64,000 bases of DNA, taken from NCBI GenBank assembly GCA_048013815.1, contig CM106586.1, positions 19,096,001 through 19,160,000 of the forward strand, read 5' to 3'. This stretch comes from Setoptus koraiensis (Eukaryota > Animalia > Arthropoda). Below, piece by piece: positions 12,240 to 23,840 of the stretch; the stretch's first letter is position 1; each line of letters starts with the position of its first letter. Below the pieces are notes generated by a model. The model was not told where the DNA came from, did not search any database, and worked only from the letters and a program-made list of their open reading frames with translations. The position numbers and the translations under genes are program-made.

Positions 12240-13526
12240 TTACAATTGTCGCATGGTTGATCCATATTTGCTGCTATCCTGAACTGGTACATCCTTTTCA
12301 TTGTTGGTGTCGTTGTCATTAAAATCTCTGATATTTCTTCTCTTAAGCTGTTCTCTTAAATCGTATTCATCTCGGTCTTCCAAAGACATGCCAATAAATA
12401 CTCTGTACAGATAAACGCCAAATATTGCACCAATGTGAGGACCAATAATGCCAGCAACAAACCAGTAGGTGCCGTCAAGTGGCTTGAACACATCGGGTCC
12501 ATAACCAAACAGCCAGGTCATAACTCTGGGCGACAGATCGCGAGCAGGATTAAAGATGGCACCGCAATTGCTGAAAAATGCGACGCATGTCATTGTGACA
12601 ACTAATGCAACCACAAGTGGTTGATGTTTTGGGCTTAAATTTAAATTGTTCTTATCTGTCACGGCGCTTATGCCAAACAATAACATACCGGTGCCAATTA
12701 TCTGATCAACCAAGGCGCCCCAGACACTTGTATACGAGGCTGGATAAGTGGCAAATATACCTCCCGTGCCATTAGGTCCCAGAGCGGCTCGTTTACCGCC
12801 ATCAATGGAGTGTAAAGCTTCCGTATAGTTTATGTAGAGCATTGCGGCGCCCACGAAGGCGCCTAAGTATTGGGCGGCCAAGTAGACGGGTACATGTTTC
12901 CATTGAGTGTCGCCCTTGATGGCAAATGCAACGGTAGCTGCAGGATTGATATGCGCTCCAGATATTTTGGCGCTTTTTTATCAATGGATCAAATGATAAA
13001 AAGTTGATTAAGAGTTAATTTTATCGTTAAAAATTTTGTAGTCCAATGCGTCGCGATGATAGTCTGATGATCACTATGAACATGCTGGCCAGACAACGTC
13101 GACAACGGTCAATGCTAATAATAAAATAATGAATAGTAAATGACTCAGTGATCTCACCTTGCAAACATGGCAATCATTACGGCAACTCCGAAGCCCAGGC
13201 ACATTGTAAATACACTAGTAAAAATATGGGTGTCAGTTTTCTGTATGGCATAGGTGGCGACGGCTCCATCTCCAATTACCTGTTCAATGAATATGAATAT
13301 GAATGGTTTGGTGTGATATATATGATTTAAATGGTGTGTATATGATGTGTGTGTGGTACGTATATGATATGTTTGACATTGAACAATAGGGTTACTTTTG
13401 TACAACGTGCTGCCAAGACAACACTGTCTAATTACTAACCACTAAAATAAATGTTCCAATAAACTCAGCCAAGAATAATGATATGGCCAGTCTGTGTCGC
13501 GATGTAAATGATGTGAAGCACTCCAT
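12240..13526 (-). CDS. Aquaglyceroporin (AQP3/7/9/10-like MIP channel), 3 exons (13526-13440, 13279-13158, 12972-12240; ~313 aa)
   Basis: LAEFIGTFILV|VIGDG, SGAHINPA, GIFATYP, DQIIGTGML and a second motif NPARD (Asp = glyceroporin signature). Exons join in frame. Confidence 0.93.
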
Positions 13527-16500
13527 TGTGCCGATTGTTACTGTTGCGGGCTTCTAAAGTGTTTTGTCAAACTAATTATCTTCAAGATTTTTGCTCTGCC
13601 GTCTTTGTGTCTGTATGTCTGAGCTCAATGAGGCTATTCAATCATATCAGTGTGTGGGTGTTGTGTGTATTTGTTGAATAAACTTGTTGTTGTTCTCTGC
13701 GGATTCTTTCACAGATTGTTTTTTTGATTAGCGCCAATATGTTTCCAGTGTGTGGTATGGATCATTATTTAAGCGTCAACTTTTACAGTTCGCGATGATG
13801 ACTAATTCATATAGTCTTGCTGTGATGACGACTATTCACGGAGTAATTCTATTATGCAATGCGCAATGTGCCGAGAGAGCGATAGAGAGAAAGAGAGAGA
13901 ATAGATGTATCAGTTGTTAGCAAATGGTGATGGTGATGCAAATTTTAATTTCAATTGTTGTTGTTGCTGTTGTTATTACTGATGGTGAGTTGCAAAAAGG
14001 TTATGTAATGATGACAAAACAGAACAAAACGAAACAACAAAAACGTCGGCTGAATATGATTTATAAACAAGAGTCTCGCGCTTATCTTTTGCACATCAAA
14101 CAAAAAAGAAAGTAAAAAACTGTTTGCTTGAGCTTGTCGTCGTCGTCACAAAAATTGTTGTTTGTTGTTGCTGTTGTTCTCTGTGTGACTTGTTCTGCCA
14201 AATCAAACGGCTATGTCATGCAGAACAACAAATGGAAACACTTGTTTAACACTTGTAATTATACACAATTATAATTGTTGTCGTTGTTATCAAATAAGAC
14301 GATTATTGATGGTGATGCTGATGATGATGATGAATAGTGTTAGCGCTGACACATAATGTGGATTTAAGGGACAAGTTGTTTTGTTTTTATCATGTTCTAC
14401 AAACTATCACCATCAATTTTATTTCATCCTTTGGTTGCACTCGTTTAAGATTGCAAAATCAAACACTAACTAACTAGATATAAATGTAAAAATTAATTCA
14501 ACAGATTTGTAAATTGTTAAAAGATTAAATTGTTATTATCATCATTCAATGCGCAACGGAGAGCCACCATATAGAAAAGACAAGACACAATTAATTAACC
14601 ACATGTGGGCTCTTGTTAGCTACTAGACAACAAAATATACTGATATAGGAGTAGACAACAGCAACAATTTAACTCTATCTCACTCTTTGTCTCTTTGATT
14701 ACGTTGAATGAATTACTGTCTACCTTGTTGTCAATGTAATTGATGTTTGACGTTGCAAGCGTCAATCCGCGTGCATTCATTTACTTTACTCAAATATCAA
14801 TCACTTTACGTATTGATTGATATTTGTTATATTTAGCCAGTTGAATGAATCTGACAAAAAGCCCTTCTTTTTCTTCTTTTTCTTGATTTTCTATTGTCTC
14901 GCCAGTGGTGGCTCTTGTTAATGAACTTCTGTTAAGTGGTCTGTGTGCTTTTGATTGTTGTTGCTCTCACTCACTTATTGTAATCAAATATTGTTGTTAA
15001 CGTCTAGACAGTTATTTGAGTAGATAACAGAAAGGCATCAATGATGTTGTATTGTGTGATGATGATTTAGTCAAGGTTCACTATATCACCAGCGATGTTG
15101 CGATCGCATTTTCTTTCAGACTGGATTAGATGGATTTCTTTTGTTGTTGCCAGTTTTTCCAGTTTTTGAATTTTTGTGCTTCAATTGTTGCCGTGTTGAA
15201 TAGTTCCTGTGGGCCACAACCAATCAGACCTCACCAAAAAGAGACTCAAATTAGTTCAACACTCAACACTATTGTTCAGCGTGTCAAATCAGATCAGATA
15301 TGATCAAACAGATACAATATGACTGTTAATAACTGTTAACACTGTTGTAATATCAGTTGTAATGTCGGTAGTTTCTGTTGTGGCATTGCTGTTAGTGGTC
15401 TAATGTGACGTGTTTAAAATAGCAGCGACAGCAGCTTACGATTGCCGATCATGGTCAATGATAATATTCACCACCAATACATTTGTGTCTGTCTGACTGT
15501 CTGACCTCTAAAATCACTAATAATAACGGATTGGTTGCACTCATTCTATAGATTTTACCATTTTTCGATAAACCTTATCTTCTTCGCATAGATCGGTTAG
15601 TTTCTTTTCTTTCAATGGGAATTAGAAAATGTACTGTCTAGACTGAAATTTGGCATAGCTTCGCATAAAAGTTACAAAAACAAACAACGTAAATCGAGCA
15701 AGGAACGGCGGCGTCCAATCAGAGACATTACAACGGCTACTAACCTTGATAATAATGACATAGAAAATAGTGTGGGCCATATGTTAGTTTTGTTGCTAGT
15801 TCATTCAGCATGCACCACTATCAACTGTATGTTGGACAAACTAACTGTATGCAAATGCTCTTCTCACTAGGTGTAAAAATATATTAAACTAGCGCATATT
15901 GTTAGTGTGTAAGCTCATCGCAAAACATCCCTGTGTCTGCCGAGACTCTTTCGTCTAGACCCTCATTTATAAGCCTTAATATTCGTTTGCCAACAACATT
16001 TGGCAGCGCATGATGGTTGGCAACAAAGGCGACAAAGCCAACAGAGTGCTCATTCTGCTCGTTTTATTTTTATCTAGGCATCGTCTTCAAACATATATGA
16101 TGTGTTCAATTTATGTAAGGTTGAAAGCCATGATGGTTGATGTACATGTCTATGTTGATTATAATGCTGTATCGTCATCTATGGAGAATATGTCATGCAG
16201 TTGGTGTGTTATGTGTGTTTAATATAAATGGAGAGTTTGTTGTTTTCGCTTGATATGCATTTGTTATTAAAATTTATATATCAATGAGCCATTGTGAGTA
16301 ACAATAAGCCTTATTTACCAATATACATATTGATGAACTCGAGCGGATAGATCAATAACATCATTGCTCTCTTACGCTCTTGATAACTCTATCTCGCTGC
16401 CTATTTGTCTTGCCTGTCGCTTTGTTTTGCCTATCTGTTTTTTCTGTTTTCAAACAATATCACTTGATACTCGCCACTCCACACTATTGTTCGTGGGTAC

Positions 16501-17650
16501 TTCAAACGAAGATCAAACGTAATGATTGTTGATTGGTATTCTAGCCAGTGTAATTAGTATTGTTATTGTTGATACGCATCACAAACAAGCGACTCATAAC
16601 TCACACAAAACCTGACCTTGCCATTCGACCATAGGAATGCCGTTTAGTGTTGCAATTTTTGTTTATCTAACCACTTGCTAAATAAATAAATGGAAGACTC
16701 GGTGATTTTGAGTGCCGAAGCAGCATGACTCGGGTGGCTCCTGGAAGAATATTTCCACAACGATTCGTTGACGTTGAGAGAATTGGCAAAGGTTCGTTGT
16801 GATAGATTGCCTCTTTTGTATTTACGGAGAAAATATAATTCGTGTTAAGAGTATCTCTATTTCGAACACTGTCCATATTGCCAGCTGTCTAACGAAAGGG
16901 GTACTTTCGGGGGATATGGGTCTGTCAGCTGCGACAGATGATCCGCTGCGCTTTGTCCCGCCGCACAGTTGTGGAATATTGGAGCGTGTGCATTCTTTAT
17001 CGCGGTTGCGTAACGGTGAATTCTCATCCACAAAAGAGCGCAACGGTGTTCGAAAACAATGAGCGTTCTTCACTCAGGTGGCCGAAGAATCCATGCGCGC
17101 TTCGAACATCGCACGTCGTTTGCACGTTTTTGCGGGAAATCCCAAGTATTTCCAGTTTTATCTAATACTACCAACAGAGCATGAATCTCAGGAATAACAG
17201 AAAAGTTGGATAGAAGATTCTCCATTTCGACAGTCTCGAGATTTTTCGAAACACAGTGCCCGATTTTCTCTTAGATTTGAGTGCCGTTCCAAGGAGGGTG
17301 CTCTTCAGCTTGGTAGTTTGTGGTAGATTGCAGCGAATTTGTCATCATTCTCTTGGGATTCTCGCCCCTCGAACTCTCGCAATCTTTTGTGGATCTTATT
17401 CAGACGATCGACCTCATCTAACCCTCAGTTTTATCCGATTAGTTGGCTGATAAGTTCGATGGATTTTATGGAAAATAGTTTATGAAATATAGCCTATGAA
17501 GTTAGTTTAGTTTTTTAAGTTATTAGGTTAGGTTATTAGCAACTGCACATGCACCTTTGTACAAATATCTTGTGCAGTCACAGTAGTACAACATGTATTG
17601 CAGCATACCATAAACGAATTACGCAACATTAGAAATCTGGCGCACTAACG

Positions 17651-17664
17651 GTTGCCATAGCAAG
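17651..17664 (+). promoter_or_regulatory. Putative RFX X-box
   Basis: GTTGCCATAGCAAG is 13/14 identical to the X-box GTTGCCATAGCAAC and lies ~200 bp upstream of the ERICH3-like ATG. Confidence 0.5.
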
Positions 17665-17848
17665 AGACGGATCAAGCGCTTACAAGGCAGCTATAAACAT
17701 TGAAAGTGCTGCCCCCTCTCCGGCAACTATACAATCGCCAGAAAAGTCAACGCCTATCCTGATAAGGTAATCAATCTCCAGCCTTTATCAGGAATATATT
17801 TTAATTGGCGATGACGATTTGCATCAACAAGATAAGATTTGGATAAAA

Positions 17849-19738
17849 ATGCGATATGAAGCAGAATTCGTTGGCGAGGACCGAAGTAAAACATTGAAAG
17901 TATTACTGGATCAATTCGTACAATTCGATGGAAGAGTTGATGTTAATCTTATTGCACACTATAGGAATCTCAATTCGCATCTAATTTATCATGACCGTCA
18001 GACAGAGCTACAAATTGCCATCGATAGACTTCGTGGCTACGGCTTGCGCAGATTTTGCTCCGATGATTTACACAGAGCAAATAAACCGAAAAAATGCTGC
18101 AAGTTGAGTTACAATCATTTCAAAGAAACTAGCAAAGAGCCGGAAGATTATCCAAACTATTGTTACCTTTGTGGTTCTAGGTTAACCTCATTAGACGATG
18201 TAAATAATGACGTCTACAGTTCCGGCTATTATAGCGATTTTCACACAAAAAGTGATCGCCCCCAGTCTTCGTATGGTTTCAGGTCGTATAAAAGTGATTG
18301 CAATATATTCGAAAGAGAAAACGACGACCAACAACAAATGTATTCGTCGTCTATCGATGGAAACGAATACTCTAATTACAATGAGGATGATCTGAGTGAC
18401 GAAATGGTGGATTCTCGAAGGATGACGAAGACAAAAAAGAAAAACAGTGTTAGATTCTATGATGATACGAATGGCACAAAGGATCAAGAATTGTACGAGT
18501 CAACAGACGAGACTGAAGCCAATGAAGACGAGCATAGGGATGATACCGATGGTGATGAGAAGAACGGAAATGAGGATACTCGTAAGAGCGAAAAGGATAA
18601 TGACTCCGCACCGTATGTTAGTAGACACATTGCTCAAGAAAAACGCTCAATCATTGAGGATGGCGAGAATTCTGAGGCCATCAGAACAGAGTCCAAGGAG
18701 GATAAAGATGACGTCACCGAATCGCAGATCAAAGAAAGAGCGCCAAATGAACAGGAGACAAAACTTTCAGAAGATTCTTCGTCCAAAAGGATTGAACAAC
18801 AACCACCAAAGGAGGATCAGGAGAGTAGTGAGGGCGAATACCCTGACGATGACAATGTTGAAGTCATAGACATAGATGAACAGACAGAGAAGTTCGACTC
18901 CAAAGAGCGATCCATCAATTCAACCAAGAATGTTGAGGCCAATGAAGAGACAGGCGATGAGTTTGAAGACGATTTCGAGGGTAAAGACGAGCTCTCCTTG
19001 GAAGAGGGCACAGTTGGCAACATAGCCGAGGGTAGTGGCATGGGACGCCAGCAAGAATCGAACCTGAACACGGAGATAAGTTCAAATATGATGATCAGAG
19101 CCAACAGATTGAATGCCAAATTCGTCAAGGTAACAATAAGACTCAGGTTTGATGGCCTCAAACGTGGTGCAATAACAAGAAAAAATATGGCTAGACAAGA
19201 CAGGAGCCCCTCTTGGTTGACGAACAACAAGCACGTGATTGTGATTTATCAACAAATGGCTTATGGCTCGCACCCGAATGCCGTACTTCGGCGACACAAC
19301 GTCGAAGAGGGTCAGGAATTTGAGTTTAGCGTTCGCCAGCACCCCAATGACGCCAACGATAGCAACGGCGACGCTAGACCCAAGTTGAATTTATCAGTGT
19401 CGCAATACATGCCAAATTGGTTTCGTTTTGGAAAAAGGAATCAACTTGTGGGCCAATTTGTCGGACACGATCCCTGGCCTATGCTTGGGGTAACAAATGA
19501 GAAAGGCCGATCCCTAGGAAACCAGGCACCGCCCCGATTAATCAAACAATTACTCACCAAGAGATTGATAAAACAAAACTTTTCGCTCAATTTTTTCGTA
19601 GATAACATCAGAGACTTTCGCTTGTCCGCATGTTGCCCGTTCAAGCACAGAATAGGCCAAAAACTTGGTCAATTTACAATAGTGGATATATCAGGCGGAA
19701 TTGCTTGCGGATGTTGCCAACTCAGCAACGGTATATAG
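17849..19738 (+). CDS. ERICH3 (glutamate-rich protein 3)/DUF4590-domain protein, intronless
   Basis: Long ORF with an E/D-rich middle. The C-terminus has IVIYQQ...EFEFSVRQH and FSLNFFVDNIRDFRLSACCPFKHRIGQKLGQF...C..C, matching recalled DUF4590 motifs (IKVYQQHCGGE...FQFISKRH; FSLTFFLNG..VNRLSSCCEYKHR.G.RLG...C..C). First in-frame ATG at 17849. Confidence 0.7.
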   Translation: MRYEAEFVGEDRSKTLKVLLDQFVQFDGRVDVNLIAHYRNLNSHLIYHDRQTELQIAIDRLRGYGLRRFCSDDLHRANKPKKCCKLSYNHFKETSKEPEDYPNYCYLCGSRLTSLDDVNNDVYSSGYYSDFHTKSDRPQSSYGFRSYKSDCNIFERENDDQQQMYSSSIDGNEYSNYNEDDLSDEMVDSRRMTKTKKKNSVRFYDDTNGTKDQELYESTDETEANEDEHRDDTDGDEKNGNEDTRKSEKDNDSAPYVSRHIAQEKRSIIEDGENSEAIRTESKEDKDDVTESQIKERAPNEQETKLSEDSSSKRIEQQPPKEDQESSEGEYPDDDNVEVIDIDEQTEKFDSKERSINSTKNVEANEETGDEFEDDFEGKDELSLEEGTVGNIAEGSGMGRQQESNLNTEISSNMMIRANRLNAKFVKVTIRLRFDGLKRGAITRKNMARQDRSPSWLTNNKHVIVIYQQMAYGSHPNAVLRRHNVEEGQEFEFSVRQHPNDANDSNGDARPKLNLSVSQYMPNWFRFGKRNQLVGQFVGHDPWPMLGVTNEKGRSLGNQAPPRLIKQLLTKRLIKQNFSLNFFVDNIRDFRLSACCPFKHRIGQKLGQFTIVDISGGIACGCCQLSNGI

Positions 19739-20905
19739 TAAAATCGAAAAAGATAAAATGCTCTATGCATCTTGCTGCAAAATCTAACATATAATATAGA
19801 TGCTGCCAGGCCAGACACGATTGCTTGACTCAACACAAACCAAGTATAAATCGTCATTGTCGTCGAAATGAAAATAAAACATCTACTTAATTTTGGGAAA
19901 GAGACGGAACCCTTGGAAGATATCCTCACATTAACTAGCGTTTCGGAGAGATCTTCTCGCTATGCGAGAAATGTCGAGGGCTAGGAGTTCATGACATCAA
20001 GCATGCCGAGGCGGACATGGTTCATAGTTCGGTTCGGTTGGTTAGTTGGTTTGTTGGTTGATTGGTCTGTAATGGGATGAGTAAGGGGAGCGGAAGTTTT
20101 GACTCCTGTCACCAATTCGGTTGTTACACACCAAATGTCGCTCTATAATAGAATATTCGATGATAACCGAGTTCACCGATGGCGCCTCCGTCCATTATTT
20201 CGAGTAAGTTAATATTTGTACAATGTCTCTCAATTCACAAATTCTAGCAGACGCTGATGTGGATTATGAATTTTGGCTCTATGTGCATATCAGCCTGATT
20301 CTTTTTGCTAGCGCAACTTGCTGACTCTTGCTTTTAAGAGATATGAACCGCAGTTCAGTGCTCAGTCTGTTGTCTCGTCAGCACACTTGTTGGACTCACT
20401 GTTCTACACGAAGAATTCTACCACGATATAGTGCAGAGATGAGACTAACTCGAGCTTTGAACGCTCAGAGTTGCTCATGTGACGATCGCTTACCTACTGA
20501 TGAGCAGAAGGAGGAAGCGGGATTGCTCGTCGGAAGCCAATAAGAGGGCGCAAGTCCACTGTAGTGTGACACGAGTATGTCCTTCCATCTTCTGGTTTCC
20601 GCCCGGGAGGTAACTCTCCCATCACTTATCACTGCTGAGTCGTCAAATTTGAAGAACAGAAACTGCCCAGAGCAGGCGGCAAAGACAATAAATGAATAAA
20701 TAGCAGCACAAATCGCTTCAAGTTGTTCGGTGCCTAGGAAGCAGTGTTGTTGCAAATTTGTTATTTGTTGTAGCAGATTAGGAATGGGTGGGGGGGGGAA
20801 TTCGCGGTGCCAAATTGCAAACTAGAGAGTGATAAATAACGCAATAAATGTGTTTGCTTGATGCAAACAAGTGGCTGCGAACGCGGCGCAATTCGAAGAC
20901 ATGGA

Positions 20906-21280
20906 GTCGGTTGGCAACAAGATTTGTGCGTCGGGAGGATTGCAGCTTAAGTTAGTTATGTCTACTTCCGGGCAGTAAATTCAGGGCCTTCAAGCATCAT
21001 TTACAAATTGTTTGTTTGTATTATCTGAAAATGAAACATTTCTATCATACTATCAATTGTCAATATCACCGAACCATTTATTGCCTCCCAAAAATACATT
21101 TCGGACTTAATCCGCCCGCAGGACTAGTCGGCGCACAGATCTTTCATCCCATGATGAGCGCTTGTGTCCTGTATGGCGACCTTTTTTGCTATTTTTCTTT
21201 CAGTCTGTCTGTACGTTCGTCCACGATTTTTGTTCGAACGCGTTTCAACTCGAAACTTGCAAGTGTAAGCGCCACTCTGT
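20906..21280 (+). repeat. Dispersed repeat copy 1 (interrupted by a ~195 bp insert); copy 2 at 23437-23556
   Basis: Shared blocks gtcgg(t/c)tggcaacaagatttgtgcgtcgg-like, gtcggcgcacagatctttc, gcgtttcaa and tgtaagcgccactctgt occur in the same order in both copies. Confidence 0.75.
20931..21127 (+). mobile_element. Candidate non-autonomous Helitron-like insertion
   Basis: Absent from the sister repeat at 23437-23556. It can be read as starting TC and ending CTAG, with a small hairpin (cgga-cttaa-tccg, 21102-21114) 9 nt before the CTAG. An alternative reading is a GTCGG 5-bp duplication. Confidence 0.4.
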
Positions 21281-21463
21281 GCTTGTGTTCACTGATTGAC
21301 ACACAGGCACAGGCATGAGGCTCTATGATAACCAAAGAGTCTATAGTCTATTACTGACAAGCCGGTCGTCCTCGCCTCTCAAGCGAGAGCTATTCATTGT
21401 GTAACGTGTTCTAAAATGGAAGACAGTACACGTCTACTAATCAAAGATCATTACTGTGTCGGC

Positions 21464-21765
21464 TAGTGATCGGGGGAGGTAGACCTCCCCCCTCCCGGAA
21501 CCCCACGTGTCACCTCCCGCCTCCCGGCTCTTAAATCTATGGTCAAATAAAAAATTGTCATCGAGACGAGATGCATGCAAAATCCCATTGAATTGAAGGT
21601 GAGCGGGAGGTGAAAAAAATAGCGGTAGGTACGGGGAGGCGGGAGGCGACACGTGGGCTTGCAGGAGGGGGGAGGCGGGAGGTGTTTTACCTCCCAGCTC
21701 CCGGCTCCCAGAGACCTCCCAGCTCCCGCAGGGGGAGAAGACCTCCCCACCTCCCCCGATCACTA
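21464..21765. mobile_element. hAT-family MITE A (302 bp)
   Basis: 17-bp TIR TAGTGATCGGGGGAGGT...ACCTCCCCCGATCACTA, flanked by 8-bp GTGTCGGC at 21456-21463 and 21766-21773. An 8-bp TSD with a TAGTGAT terminus is typical of hAT. Internal GGGAG/CTCCC subterminal repeats. Confidence 0.85.
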
Positions 21766-21773
21766 GTGTCGGC

Positions 21774-22313
21774 TAGTGATCGGGGGAGAGCGGGAGAGCG
21801 TCTCCCAAATGGGAGGTTCCCCTCTCCCCTCCCGTTCAAATTTTTGGGAGAGGGAGAAAAAGTCTCCCCCTCCCGTTTCAAACTCGGGAAAGGGGAGAGG
21901 GCATCTCCCCCTCACTCTCCCGCTCGGGGAGACGGGAGAGGGCATCTCCCTATCCCCCTCCCGCTCGAGGAGATGAGAGAGGGCATCTCCCGGGGAGAAA
22001 TCCGTCTCCCGGCGAGAGCCCGGGGAGACGATTTCTCCTTCAGACACTGCAACAGGCTCACTAGTTTTGCCCATATTCAGCAATTGACGAGGACAATTAA
22101 CAGTGGACACTGATATTTTGCCAGAAAAACCAGTAAATTGTCGTGGCGAGTGCCATGCTGACGAGATCGTCTCCCCGGGCTCTCCCCGAGCGGGAGAGGG
22201 AGGGGGAGACTCCCTCTCCCCTCTCTTGACAGCGGGAGGGGGAGATTTTTTCTCCCTCTCCCCTCTATACACAGCGGGAGGGGGAGAGGGAGACGGCTCT
22301 CCCCCGATCACTA
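21774..22313. mobile_element. hAT-family MITE B (540 bp), in tandem with MITE A
   Basis: 17-bp TIR TAGTGATCGGGGGAGAG...CTCTCCCCCGATCACTA, flanked by GTGTCGGC at 21766-21773 and 22314-22321. GGGAGAG/CTCTCCC subterminal repeats around an AT-richer core. Confidence 0.85.
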
Positions 22314-23436
22314 GTGTCGGCTCGACATTCAAATTTCGCGCTGTTTCTCTGATTGGGCATGAACTTCCGGTTGCGGGCAGTGTTCAACACGTGTTGCATT
22401 CATCATATGCCCATCCTTTGTTTGTATCCAAATTGTAGTCGTCGACGAGTATCGTTGAAGGATTCAAAGAAATATATGATAACCTGATAAGGATTACAAT
22501 CGATAAATTCATGTATGTGTGTGAGAAGTACAAACCGACTATGACTAATATATCGTTGGAATGAGTAATCCGATCTGAGCATGCGCACAACCCCTTATGT
22601 ATTAAACTAGAAAGTGTTAACTCCTTGAAGGTCAAAAGGACACAAAAGGAGACTAGCAAATTGATCTCAAGGCCAAAAGGCTGACGTCATAGACAAGTCA
22701 CTGAATGAGTGCCTTTGACTGTGCTTTTGTATGTGCAATAGCTGAGAACATGTGCATCCTTAGATATGACTTCCGGAATACCCGTTCGGGTATCAGGGTA
22801 CAATACCCTACCCAAAAATACCCAAAATACCTAAATCGGGCTGGGTCACTGTTCGATGGAACAACCCAAATTTTTTCGTGCCTTTGTCAGTGCTAATTGT
22901 ATGTGTGGTGTTGTAGGTGATTTTGAATTTCGCGCTTTCCTTCTTCCGGTTGACAGGGTAACTTAGGGAGTATGAACTTCCAGATTTTTTTTCTAATTGA
23001 TCTATACTTGAAGATCTCGGCGAGCTGAGTCCAAAATGGATAACTGTTCACCTGTTTTATTTTTCGTTTCTGGAATATGGTTGGTTGATTGGTTGGTTTT
23101 TTGGTCCTGCCGAATGCACTGTCAAGACTAGCACTTATAAAAAACGGCCAAGTCAGTCTGTGAAAACATTCTTCGTGATTTTATTTGGTCGTAAAGGCTC
23201 CAAAACTGCGGGATATTTTGTAAATACCGAAGGTATCCCATGTTCTGACGTGCCTGCTTTTCATCGCATGCACGGGCACCCGCGAGGGCGTGGGGGTAAA
23301 ATTATACTGAAACACGGAGGAAGAGTAATTCTGCTTTTATTGCTAGGAGTCCTGTGGCACCACTCACATTAGTTCAAAATAGGGGCAAAAACTGTGCGCC
23401 CTGTGCCGCTAGACTAAACTACCCCCGTAACAACAA

Positions 23437-23556
23437 GTCGGTCGGCAACAAGATTTGTGCGTCGGCGCACAGATCTTTCGCCTCCTCGTGCGCGCCAGTG
23501 ATCTGTGGAGCGACCATTTTTGTTCTAGCGCGTTTCAAATGTAAGCGCCACTCTGT
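23437..23556 (+). repeat. Dispersed repeat copy 2 (uninterrupted)
   Basis: Colinear with 20906-21280 minus the insert. Confidence 0.7.
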
Positions 23557-23840
23557 AGCAGAATTCTGATCAGCACAGCACATTGTAACATAAATACGAA
23601 GTCGAATTGTGTTTCGTATAATTCATTACACAGCTAATACCACTCGTTTTCCCCATTAATATCCAATACTCAAAAATAATACGCGCCATATTGAATTTTC
23701 TAAATAAAGAATAATTTTTTCTCGTCAAGACGAATTCATTTAGAATACCATTGACCATATAGTTACGAAAACATTTGCCATCAACTTCAACACATTATTT
23801 AGTTCAGATTATACCCACCAACCAAACTATTACATTAAAA

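Noticed and set aside
16660-17460. Decayed gene or retroelement fragment
   Set aside because: Coding-like composition but no recognisable RT, integrase or other motif in any frame.
17505-17540. TTAGG telomeric repeats
   Set aside because: Only two consecutive units in an AT-rich patch.
21437-22438. G/P/R-rich ORFs overlapping 21.4-22.4 kb
   Set aside because: By-products of the hAT MITE subterminal repeats.
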